From positions 62,001 to 126,000 of the forward strand of contig MEDY01000013.1 in NCBI GenBank assembly GCA_001724265.1: a stretch of 64,000 nucleotides of DNA. The letters are read 5' to 3'. Made by a program: the position numbers and the translations under genes. The stretch comes from Rhizaria sp. SCN 62-66 (taxonomy: Eukaryota). Under the pieces are notes generated by a model that had not been told where the DNA came from, made no database searches, and saw nothing but the letters and a program-made list of their open reading frames with translations. This document shows positions 49,694 to 61,520 of the stretch, piece by piece. Each line of letters opens with the position of its first letter. The first letter of the stretch is position 1.

Positions 49694-50080
49694 TTTGTAA
49701 AGATTAAGACTGTAATGTCTAGTTCTTCGCACTCAACTGATGACTTTGAGATCAGATCAAGGGCGCCCAGTCGGACTCCTCGGTCGGTCGGTCGATCGAC
49801 CGAACAATCCAACCACGACTTTTTTTCGACTACAACCTTCGAGTCGGTTCGTGAAAAAGCGGCTGGAAGACAAGTAACCACCGTACCCTCATATTATAAG
49901 CGTTCCTCTCACCAATCCAATTCTGTTTGAGTTATAATTACACGGACTAATGTAACATAATAGTACTTATAAAGAAATGCTATATCATATGTAATGACGG
50001 ATGTTTGACCTTGATTGCCGCTCATTTTCTGTCCGCCCAACGACTCTCACCCTCCTCTTGTTGCAGTGCAAACCACACAG

Positions 50081-53000
50081 ATGAGCCACGACCCTGGCTC
50101 CAAGCAGGGCTCTGGTCTCCTCCCACCCATTTTTGGACCACAAGCCCCACCCTTGTCCGCCCCCTCCTACATCACAGCCTCCCCGACCCTGATGGCCACC
50201 TCATCCTCGTCCGAGCCCGCGCCGTTAGCAGCCTCCACAGCGTTCTCCGCCACTGCAGCGCCCTCCATGACGGCCGCCGCGGACCGCGACGTCTCCAAGT
50301 CTCTTCTTCACGCAGTACTTCCGCCCCCGCGCACTGCTGCGGGTTTGTTAGCAGTTTCCCGAGGCTTTCCACGCCGCGCACACGCCCGCACGCGCGCTTT
50401 GCTCGCTGCAACGGGCGACGAATCGTCAATTTCCGCCCCAATCACCACCAGCAGCGCTCACGGCGACGGCAACGGCGACGGCAACGGCGACGGCGACGGT
50501 GGTAACGCAACGCCGCAGGTGTTTCTCGGTGTGCATTCGCTCATCGATCCCCATGCATCCTCCGCTCGCCCCTACCCTTCCTCTGTCTCCACTGCTGGGA
50601 ATGCGAATAACGGTTACAGCATCAACCGCTCCGCGCGTCCCCGCATCCCCGCGCTAGTTGACCCATATCTGCTCGCGCCCCTGCGGCCCTCGGAGCACTA
50701 CGCCCCCGCCATCCCGGCCGATGAGGACGTTCTTCTCGCGTTTCCGACCACGTACGGCCTCGCCGCAGCCGCCGCACCAGCTCCCGGCGCGCCCACTGGG
50801 GCGCAGATTGCACTCGAGCGCGCGCGCCAGCGCCGGCGGGTGGAGCGGCGCTGGGAACTCGCCGCCGCCGGTCTAACCGAACCGCTGCCTGTCGCTAACT
50901 TTGCATCAGTCCGCAGCACTGCCAGTGGCATCGATACACTCGGGAATCATCATAGCAGCACGGCTGCGCTCGGGGGTGGGCTCGGGGAGACGGACGCTGA
51001 GATTGCGCGCCGCAGGGCTGATGCTGCGGCGGAAAAGCAACGGCGCGAAAGTCAAGCCGCGTGGGTTGCTTCACTGTCCGCCCGCAGTGGTATTAATAGC
51101 AATAACAATAACAATTACCGTAGTATCACTCGTGGTGAAACTGAGAATGTGAAACGTGATGAGATTGGTGTTGCTGCGAGGCTCGCGTTGTCTGTTCTTG
51201 CACCAGCGTTGTTGGCTGAACGGCGCAGGCCTTCTTTGGGGCCACAAACTGCGTATACACTACCTAGCAGTGGCAGCGCTGACGCACGCGTGAGAAGTAA
51301 CCCTCTCGCGTTAACTGGAAATGGTGATGATAAGATTGATGATGACGACAGTTCTGGTGTTGCAGCTGCGTCTGCCTTTAGCGACCCGATCCGTGATGCT
51401 CAAATCCTCGCTGCAGCACGACAACTTGGATTACTCCGCGAACTTGCACTCTTAGCCTCTAAAACCACAGCTAAGAACACGCTTACCACGGACAACTACG
51501 AAAGTCCCCAGAGTGTGTCTCTCGGTTTGGGTGACCCCGCTCTAGCTGCGGCCGCAAAGGCGGCTTTGGAGGCTGGCCATGCGCGCGCTCCTCCCGCTGC
51601 CCCGCGCATGACGAGCGCCGTCATCAACAACATCAGCATCAACGACAGCGACGACAACGACGACTTCGACTATGCCGCCGACGATGACCTCGACGACGAT
51701 GATGATGACGACGACTGTAATAGCGATGGCAACGACAGTTCTGCTCTTGAGATGACTGGTCGCGATATGCGCGCGAGCCTCGACTAGTCCGCCGCCGCCC
51801 GCCGCCGCGCGCGCCGCCACCAAGCGCAATGGGAACTTCGCCAGCGGCTCGACCCCCGCGCCGCGCGCGCTGCCCGCCGCGCCGCCGCGCGCGCCGCCGC
51901 CGACGCCGCCGCTGAGGCAGCCGCCGCCGGCACGCTTGCCGCTGGCGCTGGCACGGGGGACGAAGCAGCTGTGGTAGCACTCCTGGCCTTGCTTCACAGG
52001 GCGATGGCGGGGTTTTCGCTCACATCTGCTGGACTCAACAGCAACAACAACATTAGCGCTGGCTCGGGCGGCAACAGCAGGGGCCGGCGCGACAGCGTGT
52101 ACGGCGACCTCCCCGGGGCCGACGCCGCTGCGGCTGCGGCGGCCGCGGCGGAGGCCAAGGATGCTGCGGCGGCGCTGGCGGCTGACGCTGTGTTTGGCGC
52201 AGGCGGCACAAGTGCTCTCGCAACAGCGGCTGCGCGACAGGCCGCCGCGGTGGCTGCGCTAGCGAGCTCCGGCGCCTTGCGGCTGCAGGATAGCGATGAC
52301 GAAGCCAATAACGCGCTTAACAAGGAAAACGCTGCCAACGCTCCTGCTGCTGCGTCTGCACCGCTTCTGGCTGCACTAGCATCAGCCCCATCCGTGACCG
52401 TAGCCGCAGCTGCTACAACAGCGTCTGCACGTGATGCTACTGTGACGGCCGTTGCGGGTACTGAGGAGGAGCAAGAGGCTGCTGCAGCCGCGGCTGCTGC
52501 AGCCGCGGCTGCTGCGGCGGCGGAGGCTGAGGCTGCTGCGGCCGCCGCTGCAGATCCGCTAGCGTCGCTGCCTCTGTTAGCTCTACCTACACTCACATCT
52601 TTCTCGCGGCAGGTACGTTGACAAAGAAATCATGATTTCATATCACATATATTAAATATGGTTAAGTGAGTTGTATCTCACATTTTCTATTTCATTTGTT
52701 ACTCGTATGTTTTTTGCTCTCCGAAATATAGGGTGATTTGAGCTTTTACTCCCCACAAGCCCTGGTTCGTCGCCAGCTAGCTGCGTATGCCGCGCCTTTG
52801 GCTGGCGTTGCGCAGCTCTGGTGGCGCACCTCAGGCAAACGCGCATCCGCGCCCGCGCCCACCGCTACTAACGACGACAACGTTGACAACAACGAAGACG
52901 ACGAAGAAGATGAGAACAACAACGACGAGGACAAAAATAGCAAGAACGCTGAGACGTCTCCCCGCGATCCAACTCCGACTGCAACTGCAGATAAAGCGAC

Positions 53001-56000
53001 CCCAACTACAAAGTCATCCGCGAACAACGCGGCTGAGGCGAATGCTGTGACGCCAGTGAAGACGATGAGAGATGACTGGAGCAGCACCCTCCGCGGCGGC
53101 GCCCGCACGGGCCGTCCCCTCGTCTTCTCCACCAGCAGCAACAACCCGCGTCACGCTTCTTTGACAGCCGCCGCGGCCGAGATTGACGACGGTGAAGGCA
53201 GAGGCGCGCACCGCGACCGCGCGCTGTTCGCGCGCCCTGTCGACGGCCACGCTGAACCGCGTGCTGGCGGGCTGACGCGCCGGATATATTTCCACGTCAT
53301 GCTACTTTTGCGGCGCGACCTCGCCCCTGAGCTGCCGTTGCCGCACGCGTTGTTGGCGATCGAAGGCGACTGGGTGCGGGACGCCGGCGCGGCCCCGTTG
53401 CTGGGACTCGGGGTGTTTGCCACGCCACCGCGGCCGGCCACTCCTCCGCCCGGCTCAGAGTCCGCGGGCACTTCCCCGGCAGTGACCGCGGTCCTATCCG
53501 ACGCAGAGTCTTCAACTGCGGCGACTGAAGCCGCAGATGGAGTGCCGCCAGTAACTCCGCTAGCGCCGGCACGGACTGTCAAGATGACTCCTGCTGTTGC
53601 AGCGCCGTTGCCAAGTTTATCCGAGCTGGCTGGGCTCTCTGCACCATCTGCGTTAACGCTGCTGCCTCTATCTGCGGCGTTGACTGTGCTGCCGTACCCG
53701 CGCGTTCTCTCATTGCCGCGACTACATCGTGCGCTGTGGGAACTTGCCGATCTATGGACTCTGTCAACGTCGGCAACGGAATATGCACGCTTTCTCACGT
53801 CGTTGTACCTCCGTGTGTCTGAGCCCGTCTCCGCCGCAGCAGCTGCATACGCCGAATCATCTCTTGCAGCAGCAGCAGCCAATGTCGCCGCGACGACAAA
53901 CGCAGCAACGACAAACGCGTCCTCAAACGCTTTGTTTGGTAAGCTCAGTAACAACAGTAGCAGCCCAACCGCTGCGACTGAGCCCGCACAGACGCGCCAA
54001 TGGCAGTCGCTCACCGCGGCCGAGCTCGCAGGTCTTGAAGCGCATTTAGCGCTGCCGGCGACCGATGCGCTCGCTCTGGCCGCGCGATACCAGCGCCGCG
54101 TCCTGCCAGCGCCGGCCTTCGTCGACTATGCGCGCGCCGTCGCTCCCGACGCGACGATCCCCGTTTCACTTGCCGAAGGCGGGCTAGACCGCGGGCCCGG
54201 ACTGCTCTTCCGCGAACGCGTGCGTGACATGCGCGCGCAGCGTGCGGCGCGGGAGCGAGAGGCAGCCGCAGACGCGCTGCGCAGGCGCAAAGAGCGCCGC
54301 GACCGCGAGAGGCGCATGCGCGCGCGTTTGACTGACGCCAAGTCAGAGCTGCGGTCTTCATTGCGGGCGCACGCGCGCGCTCTAGACAGCGGCAGCGGCC
54401 GCGACGGCAATGTCGACGGCAACGAGTTGGAGCAGGACTACGCGGCGCTGCGTGGCACGGGCCGCGGCACGATGGCCCGCCCCGCGCTGGGCCGCGAAGG
54501 ACAGCTGTTGCTCACCGGCGGCGGTGGTCAACCCGCGGGGAAAGACGCTTTGAGAGCTTCTAACCGCAGGGTTACAGTGACTGGAGCTGGACAGGGTGAG
54601 GGCGGCCGCGGCGGCGACGCCAGCGCTGCCCCTGCCGACGCCGTTGACCGCGCTAACCACAGCGACAGCGACACAGCCGCTGCCGCCGCTGCCTCCACAG
54701 ATGTGACTGTCGGCGATTATGACAACGAGGACGGCACAGCAGCGTCATCATCATCGCTGCGGCGCCGCGCGTTCCGCCAAGCCCAGCGCGCAGGCCGCAC
54801 CGGCTCCGCAGGCGGCATGGGAATGGGCGGCCTTGCAGATGCCGCCAGCGCCGCGCCCGTCGACATGTTCGCGATGGCGTCCCGCCGCGCGCGCGCGCAA
54901 AAGGAGCGCGACGTTGCTCTCACACTGTCCTCCGCCGCTGCCGCGGTCGCTGGCGACTCGGCGCCGCCCGGTGAAGACGGGCTAACAGAGCAACAACGGC
55001 GCTTCTTGCGCGGCGGTGCTGACCCAGATAGTGACCCTTCCTCCCCATCTTCGCCCTCGGAAGACGACGGTTCGCTTGCACCGGCCGAACGCGAACGCCG
55101 CCGCGAGCGCCGCCGTGCGAACCGCCGTTTGCTGCGGCGCGCGATGCGTACCGAGGCGCGCGCCGCCGTCCGCAGAGAGCGCGCTGCTGCTGCTGTGGTC
55201 GACGAAGGCTCACGGCGCAAGCGTGCGGTCGAGGACGCGGTCGCCGCGGCATGGCAGGCCGGAGTCGCCGCTGTGGCCGCGTCAAGAGGCAAAAACAAAG
55301 ACAGACGCCGCGGCACCGGCAGAGCTTCTTCATCTTCTTCGGAACCCGTTAACTTGGGGGTTATGCTTGCCGCGCCGGCGACGACGGGCGTTTTCCGCGA
55401 TGTTGACGTACGCGTCGACGCAGCAGCACTCGCCCGCGAGCTAGGCCTCGAGTCTCTAGAGGACCTCATGGCGTTGCGCGACGCAGTCGACGCTGAGGCC
55501 GTGCGGCGCCGTGCCGAGGCCGAAGCCGCGGCGGAGGCGGACGCGGACCGTGAGCGCGCAGACCGCCGCGCGCGCGCGCGTGCGCTGTTGCAGGAGTTCG
55601 CGGAGTCACACCGCGCGGCTACGGGTGGCGCTGCGGGGGTTCCGGCCGCGCTCGCAGCAGCTGCAGAGTCGTCTGACTCTGATGGCGGGCGTGGTAAACG
55701 CGGCGGGCGCAAAGGGCGCGCCAGAGGCGGCGGCAAGAAGGGCAAGCGTGGCGGCGCCAATGGCAGCGTTGGCGGAAAGGACGACGGCGAAAACGAGACT
55801 CCTCGTCGACATGGCTGGTTGAGCCCCAAACAAGACCCGACCCGCCGTCGCAAGGGCTACGCCGCCCGTGCCGCCGCTGCCGAGGCCGCCGCCGCAGCCG
55901 CCGCAGCCGCGGCCGCGGGCGCCTTACCGGAGCGTACTGCTGTGGCGTCAGCGCTCACTGCGCCGTCAGCGGAGCAAACGTTTACGTTCGGCGATCCCTA

Positions 56001-59000
56001 CGGTGCGCGTGCAGCGCGCGAGTGGAAAGGTGAGCGCAAACGCCGCGCGCGCGCCATGAACGCCATCCAGGCGCAACTGCGTGCTGCTGCTGGTCAAAGT
56101 CTCGATGATGATGATGATGACGAGGACGACGATGAGTCAAAGGCGGGGTATGCGCGGTCTAAAGGCGGCAGGCGTGGTCGCCGTGGGTCAAAGCCGGGCG
56201 CGCCTGCTGATTCTAACAGCGGACCAGTGAGCGACGCTGAAATGATGCGCAGGCTGCACATTCTTACCGGCTTTGACATCGAGCTCGCATTCGCCGCTCC
56301 CATCGACGATTACGACGAACAGCTCGCTCACATTCAGCAGCAAGATAGCACTGCTGATGGCGCTATAGCCTCCAGTGCAACGCGTCGTGTCGCGCCCTCG
56401 TCGCAGCTCCCGTGGCGGCTCCAGCCGGAGCTCGCCGGTGCCGCCGTCATCCGCCGCGGCTCCAACGCCACGCGCAGAGGCGGCGGTGCAGGCTCTCGCG
56501 CCAGTGGCAAAGGTAGCACAGAGGATTTGGAGTGGCTGGAAGCTCTCGCCCGCGGCTGGCGGCCAGAGGACGCTGCGGCGGATGTTGACGGCAGCGCGTG
56601 GGCCGCGGCGGTTGAGTCTGCGGCCGCAGATGCTGTGGGCGGCGGGCGACGGTGGACGCCGCGCGCGCTCGCAGCGCACTTGCGCTCTGTGTTCACGATC
56701 CCCAAACCCAGCAGTGACGGCACTGCAGTCGGTATTGAATCTGTCAATAACAGCGATGGACGCAATGGCAGAATTGCTGTGGGCGCTGGTGGTAACATCG
56801 ACGACCTGCTTTTTGGTGATGGTAAGGCCAGCAATGACGGCAGCAGCGCTGCTGGAGAGGGTGGCATCGAGAGCTCGGAGTCTGTTGCTTTGAAGCGGAG
56901 CTCAATGGTTCGCAACGACCCTCTGCTGCGCGAGCTTGCCAGTGGTCTCGGCGTCAACGCTGTCACCACGGGCTACAGCAGTACAAAATCACTAGGCGGC
57001 GCTCGCACCAACGGCGAAGGTGACGACGACGACGATGGGCCTGAGCTAGAAGGCGACTTCCTCCTCGCGCGCTCTGCGGCCCAACGCGCTGCCGCCCGAC
57101 GTGACCGTGAACTCTTCACCGCTGTTGTCGGCGACAGCGAACTGCGCGCGCTTTTAGCGCAAGTGCTGCAGGATGAACTGCAGCCGCAGTTGCTTGATGC
57201 GCCAATGATGGCCGCCTCCGCGACTGGCCATCCGCGCCACGCGCTCGGTGATGCAGACGCTGCCGCTGCGGACGGCGATGCAAGCGCCGCTGCTGGCGAG
57301 GCTGCGGTCGCGGTTGACGGCGACGGTGGCGACTTGACCGGCAACGGTGGCGCTCATAGCGGCGGCGCGCGCGGTCGGCGTCGGCGTGCGTTGGCAGCGA
57401 TGCGTCCACCCGGCGTCTCTGAGGAAGCATGGGAGGCATCGCTTGAGCAGTTGCTGTTCCTGCTCGAGGCCGCTGGCGCAGTCGAGCGCGACCCGAAGCA
57501 CAAGGGCTCTCTGCGCGCGCGAGACGGCGATGACGCTCTCGCCGCGACACTGCGCGCGGTGCTCGGTGGCTCCGAAGACGGTGATAACCACGACGGCGAC
57601 GAGAGCGACGACACAGCGATCCGCCGCCTGCTCTCTCTGGGCGACGGCAGCGATGACGAAGACGCCGTCGCTGCCGCTGCCGAGGGTGTGTTGCGCGGCG
57701 AAGGCGTCGAGGACCCCACAGTGCAGCTCGCCGTTGCTCTTGCGGCGGGACGCGGCGGGCGCGCAGTTGCGCTGCCGTTTTTTTCGCCGGACGCCGTTGT
57801 CGCGCTGATGAAGCTCGAGGGCGCCAGTCGTGCGACGGAAGACGACGCTGCCAACGCGCATCTCGCTGCAGCGCGCCACCGCATCTTGCGCTCTGTTGCT
57901 GCCGACGGAGCCACCGCAGCGGCGACAGCGCGTGCTTCAGTCGCGGACGGCTCCCCTGTTCAGTCCACGCAGCCGCCTCTTATGAAGCGCGGCTCGATCG
58001 CAGCTGCGTCTGCGTTTGTGCTTAGCAATGACTCGTCCCAATCGCAAGCTGCGCTCAGCTTGTCCCGCCGCGCCTCCATCGCCATGCTCGATAGCATCGC
58101 CCACAGTGAGGCCGATGAAGCCTACCCCGCAACGCACTACGCCAGCGGCTTCTTTACCACGCCACCGCGCGGAACCTGTGCCACAGGTGTTGATTCACCG
58201 TCACTGGCGACGCCACTTGGCTTTGCTGACGGCGCGCGGATGAAGACGTCTGTGGTTCCTGTGCGTGATAAGCGTGGTCGCGTCGTCGCGACTGTCGGCA
58301 AAGCTGCTGTCGCGCGTCGCCTGCTCGGCACGGTTGACTGGGCCGCCGCTTCCCCCGCAGACACAGCCGCGGTGGCACTCGGCAAGCGTGCGCGCGCGAC
58401 GATTCCGGCCGTGACTCTGGCCCGCGCTGCACTGCAAGACGTGCGTGCCGCCGAAGCGGCGGGGCCCGAAAAGCCTGCCGACACCGCGCGCAAACTGCTC
58501 ACTCCGTGGCGCGGTGCAGGCATGCACCGCGCACCCGCGGCAATTGTCCCCGGTCGCGTCCCGCTCGACGGCGTCCGTGAGGCGCTACACGCCCGCGGCG
58601 GCGCCTCTGCGCTTGCCGCAGTCGCGGCCGCCGCCGTGGAGGAGCATCTGCTGCAGTCCAACTGCGTCAACCCGCCGCTTGCGTCCGGCAACGGCGGCGG
58701 CGGCGGCGGCGGCAGCGGCAACGACGCGCTCGTGAGCCTCGCCACCGGCGCGCCGCGTGCGATGGCTGTCTCCGCCGTTGCGCAGACGTCGAGCGCCGCC
58801 GCGCGGATCACCGCCGCGGTGCGCGACTACCGCCGACAGTGGCGCCAGTCCGCCGCCGAGGAAGCGTGGCGCGCGCGGCGGGCCCGCGCGGCCGCGATCC
58901 GCCGCCGTCGCTCGCGCGCGCGCCGGGAAGCTGGGCTGCTGTGGGAGCCCAAGGAGGCGTATCCGCCGCTATGGAAGCCGCGCACGCAGAACCAGCATGC

Positions 59001-61254
59001 GCCAACACCGGGGCAGCTTGTCGAGGCGCAGATTATGCTCGAAGCGATCACGGTCGCGCGCACACTGGCCGGACTGCGGCGCGCTGCGGCGGCGCGTGCG
59101 GCGGCGCGGAGGCGCGAGCGCGTAGCCGCGGCGGGCGGGCTGCTCTCTCCGTCGGGCTCACAGGCGCTGCTGCTGCCCGCTTCAGTCGGTGACTTTGCGT
59201 CGAGCCGGCGTGCGAGCGTGTTTATGACGCCGTCACCGCCGCTGCCGCATCAACTTGGCTTGCCGCTGTCGCCAGTCGCCGCAAGCGAGAGCACGTCATC
59301 GCCGCAACGGTCGCTGCAGTACCGGCACGCGCGTTCGCCATCTGCCTCTGGTGACGCGGCCCTGTCACCCTCCCACGCTGCTGGCGCAATTACGGGCCCC
59401 GGGCAACGCAGGCACGCGCGTACGCTGTCCGCGTTTGGTGGTGACGCACCGATTCCGCAGCTTCCTGCTTCGCTATCACTCTCGGCGGCGCCGGCTCACG
59501 ACGCCGCTAACGCTGAAACTACCGTCACCGCTTTACCTGCTGCTGCGGCGTCGGCACAGGAGCCTCGCGTTCTTGGCCCTGCGCTGCGCGCTGTGTTATT
59601 GGCCGCGCTCAAAGCTGCACATGGCGCAGATGTTGTGCTGCCTGGTGAAACAGTTGCTGCACCAGCGCCTGTGACTGCCGAGGTCGTTGCCGCTGCTCCC
59701 GATTCTGATGCTGCTGTCGAGAGTGTTCACCCTTCTAATGCTTCTACTGCAGCGCCGGAGCCGGTGCGCGATGGCGGTGGCGGCGATGGCGACACCGATG
59801 ACGACGATAACTTCAAAGACACTATCGATGCGGAGTCCGGTGATGATCACATGCGGTTTTTTGCGTCTGTGCGACTGACACGCACGACTGATGATGCTAA
59901 AGACCCTGCTGATCCGTTTCTCGCGAATGCCGGTGCGTGTGGTCTTGACGAGCCCACTGGTGAGGCTGCAGACGGTCTGAACGAGTTGGGCACTGACGAT
60001 GCCGAAGCGACCACTGACTCAAACGACAAAACGGATAATGGCGCCGCTCAATCCGCTGAAACCACGGAGACAGCTGCCGAGCGCCTGCGCGCTCGCGTCC
60101 CCGCTACGGGCGTTGTCGTGAGCACGCTTGAAGACCTCGACGCGGTCGACGCAAGTTTCACCGCCGCTGCGCTGCAGACGCTCGCAAAGCCGGCTGTGTA
60201 TCTCGCCGCGCCAACGACAGCGCCGGGCCTTGTCTCCGCAGGACCTGGCGAGCGCATGCGCATCTACTCGAACGTTGGGCCTCAGTTCCGTCGTCCGCCC
60301 AGTGCCGGCGCCGCTTTGCGTGGGGAGAGTGCGGCTGCGATCGACGCTGCTGTCGCGCGTGCTCAGCAACAGCTTGCGACGCCGTTATGCAATCCAGCTG
60401 TTGCGGCGGCTGCGGATGTAACAACGAGCGGTGGCGGTGCGCTGTACCGCGCTCCCACAGCCCGCGTCTTGCCAGTGATGTTTACCCCAATCCGCCAACG
60501 CACGGCACGTGCTATTGACGTCGCCGCAGAAGATGTCAAGTCGCAGCCTGACCCAGACGCACCGCGCTACATGCGTCCCGTGTCGCACCGCGAGCAGCGT
60601 GCTCCGCTGTCAACCACTACGGCCGCGACCGCAGCGCTGTTGACACTGGTCACGTCCGCGCCAGTGCGCGCTGACGCTCTCGCAGACCCACGCGCACCAT
60701 CGCGGTCGCGCCGCGGTGACGCTAGCCCTCTGGTGTTTGTGGGCGGCGCCTCCGTACGCTTGGCGAACTACAGTGGCGGCAGCAATGCCGGTAGCGGCGC
60801 AGTGCAGACTGGTTTTTCAATGGGTCCCGCAGCGTCCCCGCGTGGAGCACAGTGGCCAGAGCTTATCGCGACGACTGCTGGCGCCGTAGTCACCACAATG
60901 CGCGCCCACGAACCGCGCACTCGCATCCCTGTCACAACTGGTCTTGCCTCGGGCGGGCGCACGGCTGCAGCGTCGGCGGCACGTGTTTCTGGCGCGAGTC
61001 GCACCGTCGACGTGCTGGCCGCTGCGCTTGTGCAGCGTGCCGACGGCAGTGAAGACCCGCACGCAGCCGCGGTTGCGGCAGACGCGGCTGGAACCGGAAT
61101 CCTGTCCGGAGACACGTTGGGTGCAGCGGTGGCAGTGCGTGAGGGCGGCATTACTTCGCTTTCGTCAGGGAGTGTGACCGCGCGCATGGCGGTGTTAAGC
61201 AATAAGCAGCGATATGTGCTCACGTCAAAGCCTTTGAACAAATTTACAGAATGA
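50081..61254 (+). CDS. Very large Ala/Arg/Asp-rich hypothetical protein (~3,684 aa); exons 50081-52612 (in-frame TAG at 51785-51787) and 52732-61254
   Basis: ORFs 50015-51787 and 51971-52621 are in the same frame, separated only by one TAG. Phase-0 intron 52613-52731 (GTACGT...TAG) joins to the 2,838-aa ORF. Stop TGA. No confidently recognised domain. Confidence 0.7.
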
Positions 61255-61520
61255 TTAGCAACAATGTGTCATGGATGGGACCGAAAGGTGGAGTCGCTTT
61301 GGACACGAGCATCAAGTTTAAAACGATTTTTTCAAACCTCGTCTCTACCAATGATGAGATCAAATGTGTAGATCGTATGTATTACTATAGTAGGTTAAAA
61401 TGTGTTGACATAACATAAAGCATTGTGTCTGTGTGTGAACATAGCGACAAAATAAAATATCAAATGACTTTACCTCAAACATGCATCGCAGCATAGTGCC
61501 GGACGTAAATGCGGGAACCA

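Noticed and set aside
7748-61241. Hundreds of overlapping antisense and alternate-frame ORFs in the track
   Set aside because: These are shadows of GC-rich, low-complexity coding sequence, with no motifs, splice signals or independent support.
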